From NCBI GenBank assembly GCA_050287085.1, contig JBNKBE010000003.1, forward strand, positions 319,577 through 383,576: a stretch of 64,000 nt of DNA. The letters run 5' to 3'. The DNA comes from Polyangiaceae bacterium (GTDB lineage: Bacteria > Myxococcota_A > Polyangia > Polyangiales > Polyangiaceae). The notes under the pieces were generated by a model. It did no database searches, was not told the origin of the DNA, and saw nothing but the letters and a program-made list of their open reading frames with translations. A program made the translations under genes and the position numbers. How positions within the stretch are numbered: the first letter of the stretch is position 1; each line of letters opens with the position of its first letter. Below are positions 47,043 through 57,148 of the stretch, in pieces.

Positions 47043-47119
47043 GGACGAACCCGCCCGCCACAGCAAGGGGCTCGGCCGACATGGTAGGACTCTCCCATCC
47101 ACGGACCCATAAGCCAGCC

Positions 47120-47179
47120 GTGTTGCCGCACCGGCTGCGGCAACACTGAGGAGACAGCAGCGACTGCCGCCTCCTCAGT
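47120..47179. terminator. Two tandem hairpins between convergent genes
   Basis: gtgttgccgca-ccggc-tgcggcaacac (11-bp stem) and actgaggag...ctcctcagt (9-bp stem). Confidence 0.55.
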
Positions 47180-47232
47180 ATCAGCGGATTGACTCGGGCA
47201 GGCCCCGAGCGCTTCCGCTCGCCGCGCCGAGT

Positions 47233-50200
47233 TTACTGCGGGACGTCAATCACGCGGACCTGACAGGCGTTGGTACACGAATCCGTGTTGATGGTGTTGC
47301 CATCGTCGCAGCCTTCGGGACCGTTCTTGATGCCGTCGCCGCAGCGCTCGCCCAGCTGACAACCCTTGCCGCATTCACCGTAGCCGCCGTCATTGTCGCC
47401 GTCGTCGCACTGCTCTTTGCCATTGCGCTCGCCGTCGCCGCAGCGTGGCCCTAGCTTGCAGCCCGGCGCGCACTCACCGTAACCGCCGTCGTTGACGCCG
47501 TCGTCGCATTGCTCATTGTCCTGAACGTCTTCGTCGCCGCAGCGGGGAGCCAAGGTGCAGTCTTCCTTGCAGCCGCCGTATTCGCCGGTGTTCTTCCCGG
47601 CGCCCTCGTCACACTGCTCGGGGCCATTGCGCTCACCGTCGCCGCAGTAGGGCGCCGGCTGGCAGTCATAGCCGCACTCCTTGCCGTAACCGCCGTTCGC
47701 GCTGCCCTTATCACAGGTCTCTCCATCGTCCGCGTCGACGCTTCCGTCCCCGCAGTAGGGCCCGAGCGTACAGTCAGCTTCGCAGCCGTCGTACGAGCCG
47801 TCGTTCTTGCCCGAGCCGTCGTCACACTCCTCGAACGCAGGCTGACGCTCGCCGTCGCCGCACTCCGGGGGCAAGGTGCAGTCCGACTGACAGGCGCCTT
47901 GGGCCGTGGTGTAGAAGTCGATGTTGATCCCGTTGTCGCACTCCTCGGGACCGTTCATGATGGAGTCGCCGCAGCGCGGACCGGGCTCGCAGAGCGGCGT
48001 GCAGCCGCCGTACTCGCCGCCGTTGTCAGCGCCGTTGTCGCAGAGCTCGAAGCCCGCGTCGACCATTCCGTCGCCGCAACGTGGACCCCAAGTGCAGTCA
48101 ACGTCGCAGCGTCCATACCCACCGATGTTGAGCCCGTCGTCGCACTCTTCATCGGGCATTTGTACGATACGGTCCCCACAGCTCGGGGGTAGCGTACAAT
48201 TCGGGTTGCACGTGTTGCGCTCACCCGTGTTCTTGGCCGTGCCCAGATCGCATTGTTCCGGTCCGTTGCGCTCTCCGTCGCCGCAATACGGTGCCGGCTG
48301 GCAGTCGTAGCCACACGGCTTGCCGTAGCCACCGTTTTGGGCGCCGCTATCACAGATCTCTCCGGCGTCCGTGACGCCGTCACCACAATACGGACCAAAT
48401 TCACAGCTCGTGGTGCAACCGTCGCGCAAGCCGTCTTGATTGGCTGCACCGTTGTCGCATTCCTCGTAGGCCGTTTGGATCGTTTCGTCGCCACAATTCG
48501 GCGGCTCCAGACAGCCAGGAGCGCAAGCTCCAGCCCCCGCAGCGTAGCCGTCCACGTTCAAGCCGTTGTCGCAGAACTCTCCGCCGTTCTTGATACCGTC
48601 TCCGCAGAACTGCCGCGCGGTGCACGTGGTGTTGCAAACGCCGTAGGTATTGTCGGCATTGTCAGCCCCGTCGTCACAAGCCTCACCGCCCGTCACGATG
48701 CCGTCCCCGCAGATCGGATGGCAAACAGAGCGCGGCGCCAGGAAGCCGGCAAGGGTGAGGCGGAAGTTGGACTCCACATAGAGCCGCTCGGCGTGGAAGA
48801 GCGCGATCTCGTAGACGCCGCCTTTCACTAGGCCAAAGCGATCGTCGATGGGATCGCTGGTTTCCGCGCCACTGCGAGCGCAGGCGTTGAGCGTGCCGGC
48901 GCTCTGGCATGAAGAGCCGTCATTGTCGACCCCATGAGCCGAGCAGCTGCTGTCCTCGTCGCCCAGCACCACACGCCCATACTGGGCGCAGTGCACGCCC
49001 CCTACGTCCACCGCGAGGCGCCCGTTGATGAAGACCCAAACGTCGTCATCCCCACGGAAGGTCAGCGTCTCGCCCCCCTGGTACTGGAAGAAATAACGAA
49101 GCTCGGTCGTGAAGTGGTAGTTGCGCCCAGTGCAACTGCCGCCGTTGTTCACCTCGTCGCAAGAATCCTGCGTCGGCGAGTGCAGTCCCCGTCCGTTGAG
49201 AGGGTAGAACTCGTTGGTATCGTAGATGTAGGCGTCTTGTCCCGCCGTTTCCTGGGTGAGCGGCAGCGCGTCGACGACCACCGCCTCGTCGTAGACGTTA
49301 TAACCCGCCTCGCCCCCGTCTCGGTACCAAGTACCAAACGCGGCCGCGGTGTGGGGGTTGATCGTCGAATCGTTGTCGTTGCCCAGCTGCGGCTTGCCGT
49401 CCGCATCCAGCCGGCCGCAGGTTGTGGTATTGGCCGTGGTGCACACCGGACCCACGATGCCCAAGTCGTTCCCGACCCCTGCCTGAAAATGCGGGTGACC
49501 CACGCCTATCCCGCTGCCCGCGGCTCGGAAGTCGCGGTAGGTGACCTTCATCGAGACGGTTGAGGGCAGGTCCCGAATGTCTTCACACGCGTAGCCGAGA
49601 TCGGTCTCGACCTCGCAGCTTGCAGAACACCCGTCGCCGCTCTTGGTGTTGCCGTCGTCACAGGCTTCGGCGCCCGTGATGAGCCCGTCACCACAGGAAA
49701 GCTCCGCGACGCCACCGGTGAAGGTGGGCTCGTTCTGGCACGTTGGACCACAACCGTCTCCGGCGATGGCATTGCCGTCGTCGCAGCCCTCGTCGCCTTC
49801 CGTTACGCCGTTGCCGCACTGCGCCAGCACACACGCCACTCCAGCCGTGGGGCAATCCCAGTTGGCTTCGCGCGCGCAGCCCGCGCTGCAACCATCCCCC
49901 GAGATGGCATCGCCATCGTCACACTGTTCGCTACCGGTGATCTCACCGTCGCCGCAGCGCGGCGTACACGTCTCCCCAGGAACGGGGCAGACATATCCCG
50001 CATCCACCACGCAATCGGTGCAACCATCGTCGTCGACCGCGTTGGCGTCGTCGCACTGCTCGCTCGCGGTGCGCACGCCGTCGCCGCAGATCTCTTGAAC
50101 GCAGCTGCCCAGGGTACAGACCCATCCGTCTTCAATGGTACACGTCGGAGAGCAGCCGTCGCCCGCCATCGTGCCGCCGTCGTCACACTGCTCGCCGCGG

Positions 50201-51855
50201 TTTTGGGTTCCGTCACCACAACGCGGCTCCAGCACACAAGGCTCTCCTGAGCGCAGGCAGATCCAGCCGTCGGCAACCCCGCTGCAGTCGTCGAGACAGC
50301 CGCCGGCAGCGCCGCCATCATCACAAGCTTCGAGCCCTTCGACCAGCCCATTGCCGCAGTCGACGAGAAGCACACACGGCGTATTGGGCGTGCTGCAGTC
50401 GTAGAGCGGATCCCATACGGAACAATCCGCCGAGCAGCCGTCGTTGTCATTGGTGTTGCCGTCATCACACTGCTCGGCGCCCTGCACCAGACCGTCACCA
50501 CATTCGATGAGATAGGTACATGTCATCCCTTGCGTCGAGCAATCGTAGAAGGGCTCCTCCGTGCAGCCGACGCTGCAACCATCTTGCCCCTGACGATTTC
50601 CGTCGTCGCACTCCTCGTTGCCCAGCACAACGCCGTCGCCGCACAGCGGAATACAGGACGCACCCGCCGTCGAGGGACACAACCACCCCGCATCGAAGCG
50701 GCAATCGGTGCAACCGTCGCCGTCCACCGTATTGCCATCGTCACATTGCTCGGAGGGCGTGCGCTCACCGTTGCCGCAAATTTCCTCGATGCACTCTACG
50801 TTCTGGTCGAGACAGACGAAGCCGGATTCCTTCTCACAGCTGTCCGAGCAACCGTCCCCGCTGGTGCTGTTGCCGTCGTCACACTCTTCCCCGGGTGTGA
50901 TCTCGCCGTCGCCACACTCTGGAGCGCGAATGCAAGGCACACCTGGCCGCAGGCAGACCCAACCGTCTTCGATCTCGGAGCAATCGTCGGTGCATCCTCC
51001 TGGTGCCTCCGCGTCGTCACAGACCTCGTCGCCCACAACCAGACCGTCACCGCAGTCTACTAGATTCACGCATAGCGTGCCGGGCTCGGGACAATCGTAC
51101 CAAGCACCCTTTGTCAGACAATCGGCAGAACACCCATCCCCGTCCTCTTCGTTGCCATCGTCGCAAGCCTCGGCGCCTTCGAGCTTGCCGTTGCCACATT
51201 CAACGGTGGACTCGCAAAGCTGACCCGGCTTCGGACACCGGGAGTTGGGCTCGATCCGGCAGGCCCCGTTGCAACCGTCGCCCGGCGCCCCATTGCCATC
51301 GTCGCACTCTTCGCCGTCGTCTAGATTGCCGTCGCCACAGGCGGGTCCTGCATCGCCCAACCCGCTCAAACACCCACCGTCTCGGTCGGCGCACGCCGGA
51401 GCCGGACCGGTCGGCTCCGGGGGTCCCCCGTCCACGTCAACTAGCTCATCCGTTCCGCCCCCGCCAGCACGTCCGCCGCCATCCCGCCCGGAGCTTGTGC
51501 CCCCGTCCCGGTTGGCCCCATTCCCGCGGTCATCGCCGAAGCTATCCACCTCTGGCGCGCTACTACAAGCGGCCAAGAGCAGCAGACCCAGCGCTCCGAG
51601 CGAAACGCTCAGGAGCGATGGCACACGCCGGTGCGGCGCGGAAGCCACGCTCCCGTCGTCACCGGCGTGACGCTCATGCCCGTCAACGGGCCCTGCCGAG
51701 AAACTTGCCGAGAAAAGACGAGCCGAGCTGTCGCGCGACTCACGTACCCTATACCTACGACGCATCCCGCTAAGCATATCGGAGAGCGAGCAGCTGCACA
51801 CCACCTGAGCACAAAATAGCCATTTCTGTGGGTGATTTCCTACAGGCACCTTCAC
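47233..51855 (-). CDS. Giant fibro-slime/Cys-rich-repeat (DUF4215-type) lipoprotein (true start probably downstream of 51855)
   Basis: Lipobox LLAA-C; 13 CG(D/N)G..ExCDD repeats; fibro-slime domain (TYRDF, HPHFQ, NYHFTTELRY, GDDDVWVFINGRLAVDVGGVH, FHAER); then 14 more repeats. Confidence 0.88.
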   Translation of the reverse strand: MKVPVGNHPQKWLFCAQVVCSCSLSDMLSGMRRRYRVRESRDSSARLFSASFSAGPVDGHERHAGDDGSVASAPHRRVPSLLSVSLGALGLLLLAACSSAPEVDSFGDDRGNGANRDGGTSSGRDGGGRAGGGGTDELVDVDGGPPEPTGPAPACADRDGGCLSGLGDAGPACGDGNLDDGEECDDGNGAPGDGCNGACRIEPNSRCPKPGQLCESTVECGNGKLEGAEACDDGNEEDGDGCSADCLTKGAWYDCPEPGTLCVNLVDCGDGLVVGDEVCDDAEAPGGCTDDCSEIEDGWVCLRPGVPCIRAPECGDGEITPGEECDDGNSTSGDGCSDSCEKESGFVCLDQNVECIEEICGNGERTPSEQCDDGNTVDGDGCTDCRFDAGWLCPSTAGASCIPLCGDGVVLGNEECDDGNRQGQDGCSVGCTEEPFYDCSTQGMTCTYLIECGDGLVQGAEQCDDGNTNDNDGCSADCSVWDPLYDCSTPNTPCVLLVDCGNGLVEGLEACDDGGAAGGCLDDCSGVADGWICLRSGEPCVLEPRCGDGTQNRGEQCDDGGTMAGDGCSPTCTIEDGWVCTLGSCVQEICGDGVRTASEQCDDANAVDDDGCTDCVVDAGYVCPVPGETCTPRCGDGEITGSEQCDDGDAISGDGCSAGCAREANWDCPTAGVACVLAQCGNGVTEGDEGCDDGNAIAGDGCGPTCQNEPTFTGGVAELSCGDGLITGAEACDDGNTKSGDGCSASCEVETDLGYACEDIRDLPSTVSMKVTYRDFRAAGSGIGVGHPHFQAGVGNDLGIVGPVCTTANTTTCGRLDADGKPQLGNDNDSTINPHTAAAFGTWYRDGGEAGYNVYDEAVVVDALPLTQETAGQDAYIYDTNEFYPLNGRGLHSPTQDSCDEVNNGGSCTGRNYHFTTELRYFFQYQGGETLTFRGDDDVWVFINGRLAVDVGGVHCAQYGRVVLGDEDSSCSAHGVDNDGSSCQSAGTLNACARSGAETSDPIDDRFGLVKGGVYEIALFHAERLYVESNFRLTLAGFLAPRSVCHPICGDGIVTGGEACDDGADNADNTYGVCNTTCTARQFCGDGIKNGGEFCDNGLNVDGYAAGAGACAPGCLEPPNCGDETIQTAYEECDNGAANQDGLRDGCTTSCEFGPYCGDGVTDAGEICDSGAQNGGYGKPCGYDCQPAPYCGDGERNGPEQCDLGTAKNTGERNTCNPNCTLPPSCGDRIVQMPDEECDDGLNIGGYGRCDVDCTWGPRCGDGMVDAGFELCDNGADNGGEYGGCTPLCEPGPRCGDSIMNGPEECDNGINIDFYTTAQGACQSDCTLPPECGDGERQPAFEECDDGSGKNDGSYDGCEADCTLGPYCGDGSVDADDGETCDKGSANGGYGKECGYDCQPAPYCGDGERNGPEQCDEGAGKNTGEYGGCKEDCTLAPRCGDEDVQDNEQCDDGVNDGGYGECAPGCKLGPRCGDGERNGKEQCDDGDNDGGYGECGKGCQLGERCGDGIKNGPEGCDDGNTINTDSCTNACQVRVIDVPQ

Positions 51856-52093
51856 TGGAATCGAGATGACGGACCACGAGCGACACGGCGCCGAACCGGA
51901 GCGGTACGCGGAGGGCGTATTTTGCCTAGGTCAGTCGCTCACGCTGCACTATTCAGCTAGCTGCGGCGACTCTCACCGTCACCCCTGGCCCGAGGGCACA
52001 AGAATCGCTTGCACCGTGGGCTGAGCACCCTGGGCGCTGGGCCAAGGCACGCGGCCCGTCGACGACGTTCTCCGCTCTCCGATCCCTGAGACC

Positions 52094-53374
52094 ATGCTTC
52101 GCCCGCCATCAAGATCCCTTCCTTTCCCGGCTGCCCGCTACCGCGCCATCGAGGCACGAATGCGCGCCGAGGCCGACGCCCTGATGGCGTTTTGGTGCGC
52201 AGCCGGGCCCGACCGCGAGTTCGGCGGTTTCCACGGGAAACTCGATCGCCAAGGGCGCCCTGAAGACCCAACCCACAAAGGTTTGATTCAACAGAGTCGC
52301 CATCTGTGGACCCTAGCCATGTGGGCCGAACGGCGGAAGGCCCCCTCCCTGGTGACGGCTTTGGCACACTCCCAGTTCGAGTTCCTGCAGCGCTTCCTTC
52401 TCGATCCCCACGATGGAGAGTTCTACTTTCTAACGTCGCGAGAAGGGGACGTCCTCGACCGGAAGAAGCAGCTCTACGCCGAAGCTTTTGTTATCTATGC
52501 GCTTGCCCAATATGCACTCAGCTTCTCGGTGGGGACCGCGGCTGAGGCCGCCCTGCGCTGCTTTCGGTCTATCGATCAGCGCGCCCACGACGATGACTTT
52601 GGCGGCTATGACCAAACCGGCGATCCAGGATTCTTGGTCGCTGGCGCGCAGAAGGGCACCAATACGCATATCCACCTCTTGGAAGCCTTCACAACGCTAC
52701 TTCGCGCGACGGGTGATCGGCTGGTCGAGCAGCGCCTGGGCGAACTCGCGAGCGTTGTCAGCGACTCGATCGTGCAACCCAGTGGGTACGCTCACCAAGC
52801 CTTCCTGCGCGACTGGACTCCTTTTGGTCCCCCTCGCGTCAGCTACGGCCATGACCTTGAAACAGCCTGGTTGGTTGAAGACGCGCTCCTCGCGCTCGAT
52901 CAATGCGGGGCTACACATCGCGATGCGCTCCGCATTCGCGGTCGCCTGTTGCATCTGGCTCGAAGCGCCGCCGACGCCGGATTCGACGAGCAACTCGGTG
53001 GCATCTTCGAAGAAGGCCCCGCGCAGTCGGCGGCGCACCGAGCACAACCCGGCCGCAGCCCGTTTCCGGCGGCAGACAGGCGCGAGAAGGTGTGGTGGGT
53101 TCAAGCCGAAGCGCTGGCAGGCCTCTGGTATCTGCACGCGAGCACCAGCAGCCCCCGAGCGCTCATACAACTGGAGCGCACGCTCGGTTGGATCGAAGAG
53201 CACCAACGCGATGCCGAGTACCCAGGCTGGTACTGGGGGCTGGACGGGCCAGGACGCGTCGCCTCCCGAGGCACCCACAAGGGCGAATTGTGGAAGACCG
53301 GCTACCACGACGTGCGCGCGCTCACCTACACGGCGGACTGGATCGCCTCAGCCCTGGACAGGCGGCAAGCTTAG
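52094..53374 (+). CDS. AGE-family epimerase (cellobiose 2-epimerase-like)
   Basis: QSRHLW, LYAEAFVIYAL, NTHIHLLEAF, SYGHDLETAWL, WWVQAEA, WKTGYH. Confidence 0.88.
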   Translation: MLRPPSRSLPFPAARYRAIEARMRAEADALMAFWCAAGPDREFGGFHGKLDRQGRPEDPTHKGLIQQSRHLWTLAMWAERRKAPSLVTALAHSQFEFLQRFLLDPHDGEFYFLTSREGDVLDRKKQLYAEAFVIYALAQYALSFSVGTAAEAALRCFRSIDQRAHDDDFGGYDQTGDPGFLVAGAQKGTNTHIHLLEAFTTLLRATGDRLVEQRLGELASVVSDSIVQPSGYAHQAFLRDWTPFGPPRVSYGHDLETAWLVEDALLALDQCGATHRDALRIRGRLLHLARSAADAGFDEQLGGIFEEGPAQSAAHRAQPGRSPFPAADRREKVWWVQAEALAGLWYLHASTSSPRALIQLERTLGWIEEHQRDAEYPGWYWGLDGPGRVASRGTHKGELWKTGYHDVRALTYTADWIASALDRRQA

Positions 53375-53427
53375 GGAAAGTCAGTCGCGAGCCGGGCCAG
53401 ACCGCCGCGAGGGCGGCGCGTTATGCC

Positions 53428-54933
53428 TCAGATCCAGCTTGGATCCGACTCCTTCAGCATCACGTCGTGGGCACTTCCCTCGTGTATGGACACCGCTGAA
53501 GCCACAGTAATACGCGCTTTGCGTTGCAGTTCCGGAATAGACAGCGCACCACAATTACAGGCCGTGGAACGCAGCTTTGCCAGCGTGACATCAAGGTTGT
53601 CCTTCAGCTTGCCGGCGTATGGAACGTAACTGTCCACGCCCTCTTCGAAGGTCAGGCCGCTCTTGGTCCCGCCGAGATCGTAGCGCTGCCAGTTGCGAGC
53701 GCGGTTCGAGCCCTCGCCCCAGTACTCTTTGACAAACTTATTCTGGACCAGAAGGCGCCGCCCCGGAGCCTCATCAAAGCGAGCGAAGTAGCGCCCAAGC
53801 ATGAGGAAGTCAGCCCCCATCGCCAGCGCTAGGGTCATGTGGTAGTCCTGCGACACCCCGCCGTCAGAGCAAATCGGCACGTATACGCCCGTCTCCTCGA
53901 AGTACTCATCGCGGGCGCGCGCCACCTCGATGACCGCGCTGGCTTGGCCGCGCCCGATGCCCTTCTGCTCCCGAGTGATGCAGATCGAGCCGCCCCCGAT
54001 CCCGACTTTTACGAAGTCTGCCCCAGCATCGGCGAGATAGCGAAATCCCTCGGCGTCAACGACGTTCCCGGCGCCGATCACGACTTGCTCCCCATGCTCC
54101 TTCTTGACGTAAGCCAAGGTCTCCGCTTGCCACTCCGAGTAGCCATCGGAGGAATCGACGCAAAGCGCATCCACCCCCGCCAGAAGCAGCGCGGGCACCC
54201 GCTCGCGATAGTCCCGCGAGTTGATCCCGGCGCCCACGATCAGTCGCTTCTCAGAATCCACGTTCTCAAGGGGATTGGCGCGATGCTCGTCATGGTCCTT
54301 GCGGAAAACCAGCGAGGTGAGCGCCCCCTTCGCATCGGTGACCGGCAAACAGTTCAGCTTGTACCGCCAAATGAGTTCGTTGGCCTCTTCCAACGACATG
54401 CCATCGCGCCCAGCATGAAGCTGGGCCAGCGGCGTCATGACCTCCCGAACGCTCGTCGACGGTTCTTGGCCAGGTCGATAGTCCCGACTCGTCACCAGAC
54501 CGATCAGCGTCCCAGTGGGCGAGCCGTCGTGCGTAATTGGAATAGTGGAATGCTGAGTACGCTCCGTCAGAGCAAGAACGTCCGCCAACGTCGCCGAAGG
54601 GGCGAGATTCGAGTCCGAAGAGACGAAGCCAGCCTTGTAGGTCTTTACGCTGCGTACCATGGCAGCCTGCGACTCGATGCCCTGCGAGCCAAAGATGAAC
54701 GACAAGCCGCCGCAGCGCGCCAGAGCAATCGCCATTTGCTCGCCCGATACCGACTGCATCAATGCCGACGTGAAGGGAATATTGATGCGCAGGCGGCTCG
54801 TAGTCCCCTTTGCATAGCGCGCGAGAGGCGTCGACAGATCAACCCGCTCTGGAACGCAGTCTTTGGTCGTCAGATTGGGGATGAGCAGGTACTCACCAAA
54901 GGTCCTACTCGGCTCAGGATAGATGAGGGCCAT
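53428..54933 (-). CDS. guaB: IMP dehydrogenase
   Basis: [14 protein letters not shown] pair, [13 protein letters not shown] (catalytic Cys), SDGG, YWGEGS. Confidence 0.95.
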   Translation of the reverse strand: MALIYPEPSRTFGEYLLIPNLTTKDCVPERVDLSTPLARYAKGTTSRLRINIPFTSALMQSVSGEQMAIALARCGGLSFIFGSQGIESQAAMVRSVKTYKAGFVSSDSNLAPSATLADVLALTERTQHSTIPITHDGSPTGTLIGLVTSRDYRPGQEPSTSVREVMTPLAQLHAGRDGMSLEEANELIWRYKLNCLPVTDAKGALTSLVFRKDHDEHRANPLENVDSEKRLIVGAGINSRDYRERVPALLLAGVDALCVDSSDGYSEWQAETLAYVKKEHGEQVVIGAGNVVDAEGFRYLADAGADFVKVGIGGGSICITREQKGIGRGQASAVIEVARARDEYFEETGVYVPICSDGGVSQDYHMTLALAMGADFLMLGRYFARFDEAPGRRLLVQNKFVKEYWGEGSNRARNWQRYDLGGTKSGLTFEEGVDSYVPYAGKLKDNLDVTLAKLRSTACNCGALSIPELQRKARITVASAVSIHEGSAHDVMLKESDPSWI

Positions 54934-55127
54934 GGGCGTCCTTAGTGGAAGGTCCGGCGGAGGTCAAGAGGGTCCAGCAGACAGAAACCCCTTGGCTACA
55001 AGCCCAGAATGTCGGGGTTTCGTCACGGCTAGACAGGCCTCACCCGCCGCTGTGACCAAACGGAACGGCCGGGCCCACCCCGCACAGCGAGTGGACGCTC
55101 CTGCCCAGCTCGGATAGAACCCACGCG

Positions 55128-56351
55128 ATGACCCCCGCCGAGCAACTTGCCGCCTTGAAAACAGGCGTCGTAGACCTCCACGACGAGACTGACCTCCTGA
55201 AGTTGCTCAGCAGCGGCCGCCCCCTGCGCGTCAAAGCTGGCTTCGACCCAACGCGTCCCGATCTTCACCTGGGGCATACGGTGTTGATGAACAAGATGCG
55301 GCAGTTCCAGGAACTGGGTCACATCGTCGTCTTCGTGGTTGGCGACTTCACGGCACAGATTGGCGACCCATCGGGTCGAAGTGCAACTCGACCACCCGCG
55401 ACCGCGGAACAGATCCAGGAGGGGGCGCGCACCTACGCCGAGCAAGCGTTCAAGATCCTGAGTCGTGAACGGGTCGAAGTCGTCTACAACTCTTCGTGGC
55501 TCAACGCTCTCACATTTCAGCAAGTACTCGGTCTCGCGGGCAAATACACATTGGCCCGAATGATGGAACGCGATGATTTCAAGAAGCGATGGCGCGAACA
55601 CGTGAGCATCTCACTTCACGAGCTCCTCTATCCCCTTGTACAAGCTTACGACTCGGTAGCGCTGAAGTGCGACGTTGAGCTCGGTGGAACGGACCAGCTC
55701 TTCAATCTCATGGTCGGCCGCGAAATCATGAGAGACTACGGGCAACGCCCACAGGTTGTTATGACAACCCCCATCCTAGAGGGGCTCAGCGCCCGGATGG
55801 AGGACGGCAAGCTGTGCGGCGCCAAGATGAGCAAGTCCCTGGACAACTACGTCGGAGTCGACGAGCTCCCCGCCGAGCAATTCGGCAAGCTGATGAGCAT
55901 CAGCGACGACTTGATGTGGCGCTACTATGAGCTCTTGTCGCATCAGCCACCGGCTGCCGTGGAGCAGAAGCGGAGCGACTGCAGCTCGGGCGCGATGAAT
56001 CCCAAGACGGCCAAAGTCGAGCTCGCCAGCGAGATCGTCGCGCGCTACCACGGCGCGGCAAGCGCGACCAAGGCGCATGCGGACTGGGAAGCGCAGTTCT
56101 CACAGCGCCAAGTGCCCTTGGATATTCCTGACGTCACTCTCAGCGCGGAAGCGGGCCAACTGGCACTGCCGCGAATCGTCCACGGGGCTGGACTGGTGCC
56201 CAGCCTGAGCGAAGCGCGCAGGCGGATCACCGCCGGAGCGGTCAGCGTCGATGGTGAAAAGCTGACGACGATCGAAACCTCGCTGCCAGCGGGCAAACGC
56301 TACATCGTGAAGGCCGGCAAACGCGCCTGGGCCGCCGTTACGCTGGTGTAG
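55128..56351 (+). CDS. tyrS: Tyrosine--tRNA ligase
   Basis: GFDPTRPDLHLGH, YPLVQAYDS, ELGGTDQLFN, KMSKS, C-terminal S4 domain. Confidence 0.97.
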   Translation: MTPAEQLAALKTGVVDLHDETDLLKLLSSGRPLRVKAGFDPTRPDLHLGHTVLMNKMRQFQELGHIVVFVVGDFTAQIGDPSGRSATRPPATAEQIQEGARTYAEQAFKILSRERVEVVYNSSWLNALTFQQVLGLAGKYTLARMMERDDFKKRWREHVSISLHELLYPLVQAYDSVALKCDVELGGTDQLFNLMVGREIMRDYGQRPQVVMTTPILEGLSARMEDGKLCGAKMSKSLDNYVGVDELPAEQFGKLMSISDDLMWRYYELLSHQPPAAVEQKRSDCSSGAMNPKTAKVELASEIVARYHGAASATKAHADWEAQFSQRQVPLDIPDVTLSAEAGQLALPRIVHGAGLVPSLSEARRRITAGAVSVDGEKLTTIETSLPAGKRYIVKAGKRAWAAVTLV

Positions 56352-57148
56352 CCGTCCCCAAGCGCCCGCTCCAGGCAGACATGGGCCGCAGACGCGCGCC
56401 TTGCGGTGACGTGTTGCCCTCAGGCGCAACGGCGCCGGAGGTATCCGTGCCACAGCGCCGAGCAGCCCCCCTGCTGGCGGCTGGATGGACGGTTGTTGCA
56501 CCCTGGACCACATCGAAGGACAACCCACGTCCACGGGGACCAGGGGACGGCAAGAATCTTGCTGTATGACATGATTGAATCAGCGTTCTGGCACGTCATG
56601 ACTGTACCTGTAGGTGCTTGATAGCACGTATTGGTCAATCCAGGAGTATTCCGTTCCGAAGACGCAGAATGACTACAGCAGTGTTTCACGATTGCTTCCT
56701 TCAGACGCTACGTCACCGTAGGAAGTGCACCCCCCTCTTGTAGTCGTGATGAGCTAACGTTTGATGCAGAGATTGGGATGTCATCTACTATCAAGGCTCG
56801 GTGAGTTTTTTTGCAAGCCTCACCCCCCGTCGATGGTGTAGGGTGCAAGCAGAGGCGGGCAGAGGGGATTGGAGTGAGGTGCGGGTCGGCACAGTTGTTG
56901 GGTCAGCACTGTTTGTTGAGTCAGCGCAGTTGTGCCGTTCAACGGGGAAGTATTCTACCAAGGGATCAGTGGCGAACCTTCGAGCGTAGACGCCTTGGGC
57001 GTACCACAATCGAGCACAAAGCCCGGGGCTGGGCATGTCACTCAGCGAATGGGTGAAGCGAGTGGGTGAAGCCGCGACGTGACTTTCTCAAGGCGCGTTC
57101 GATTTCGGAAATTTCAGGACGAGCACCTCGGAAGCGGGCGGAGGCAGC

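Noticed and set aside
52488..53510. 340-aa same-strand alternative-frame ORF inside the epimerase gene
   Set aside because: Ser/Arg/Pro/Ala-rich frame shadow with no domain signal.
56589..56604. Sigma-54 promoter (TGGCACG), also similar half-sites near 18210 and 33076
   Set aside because: The -12 GC is missing at the required GG-N10-GC spacing.
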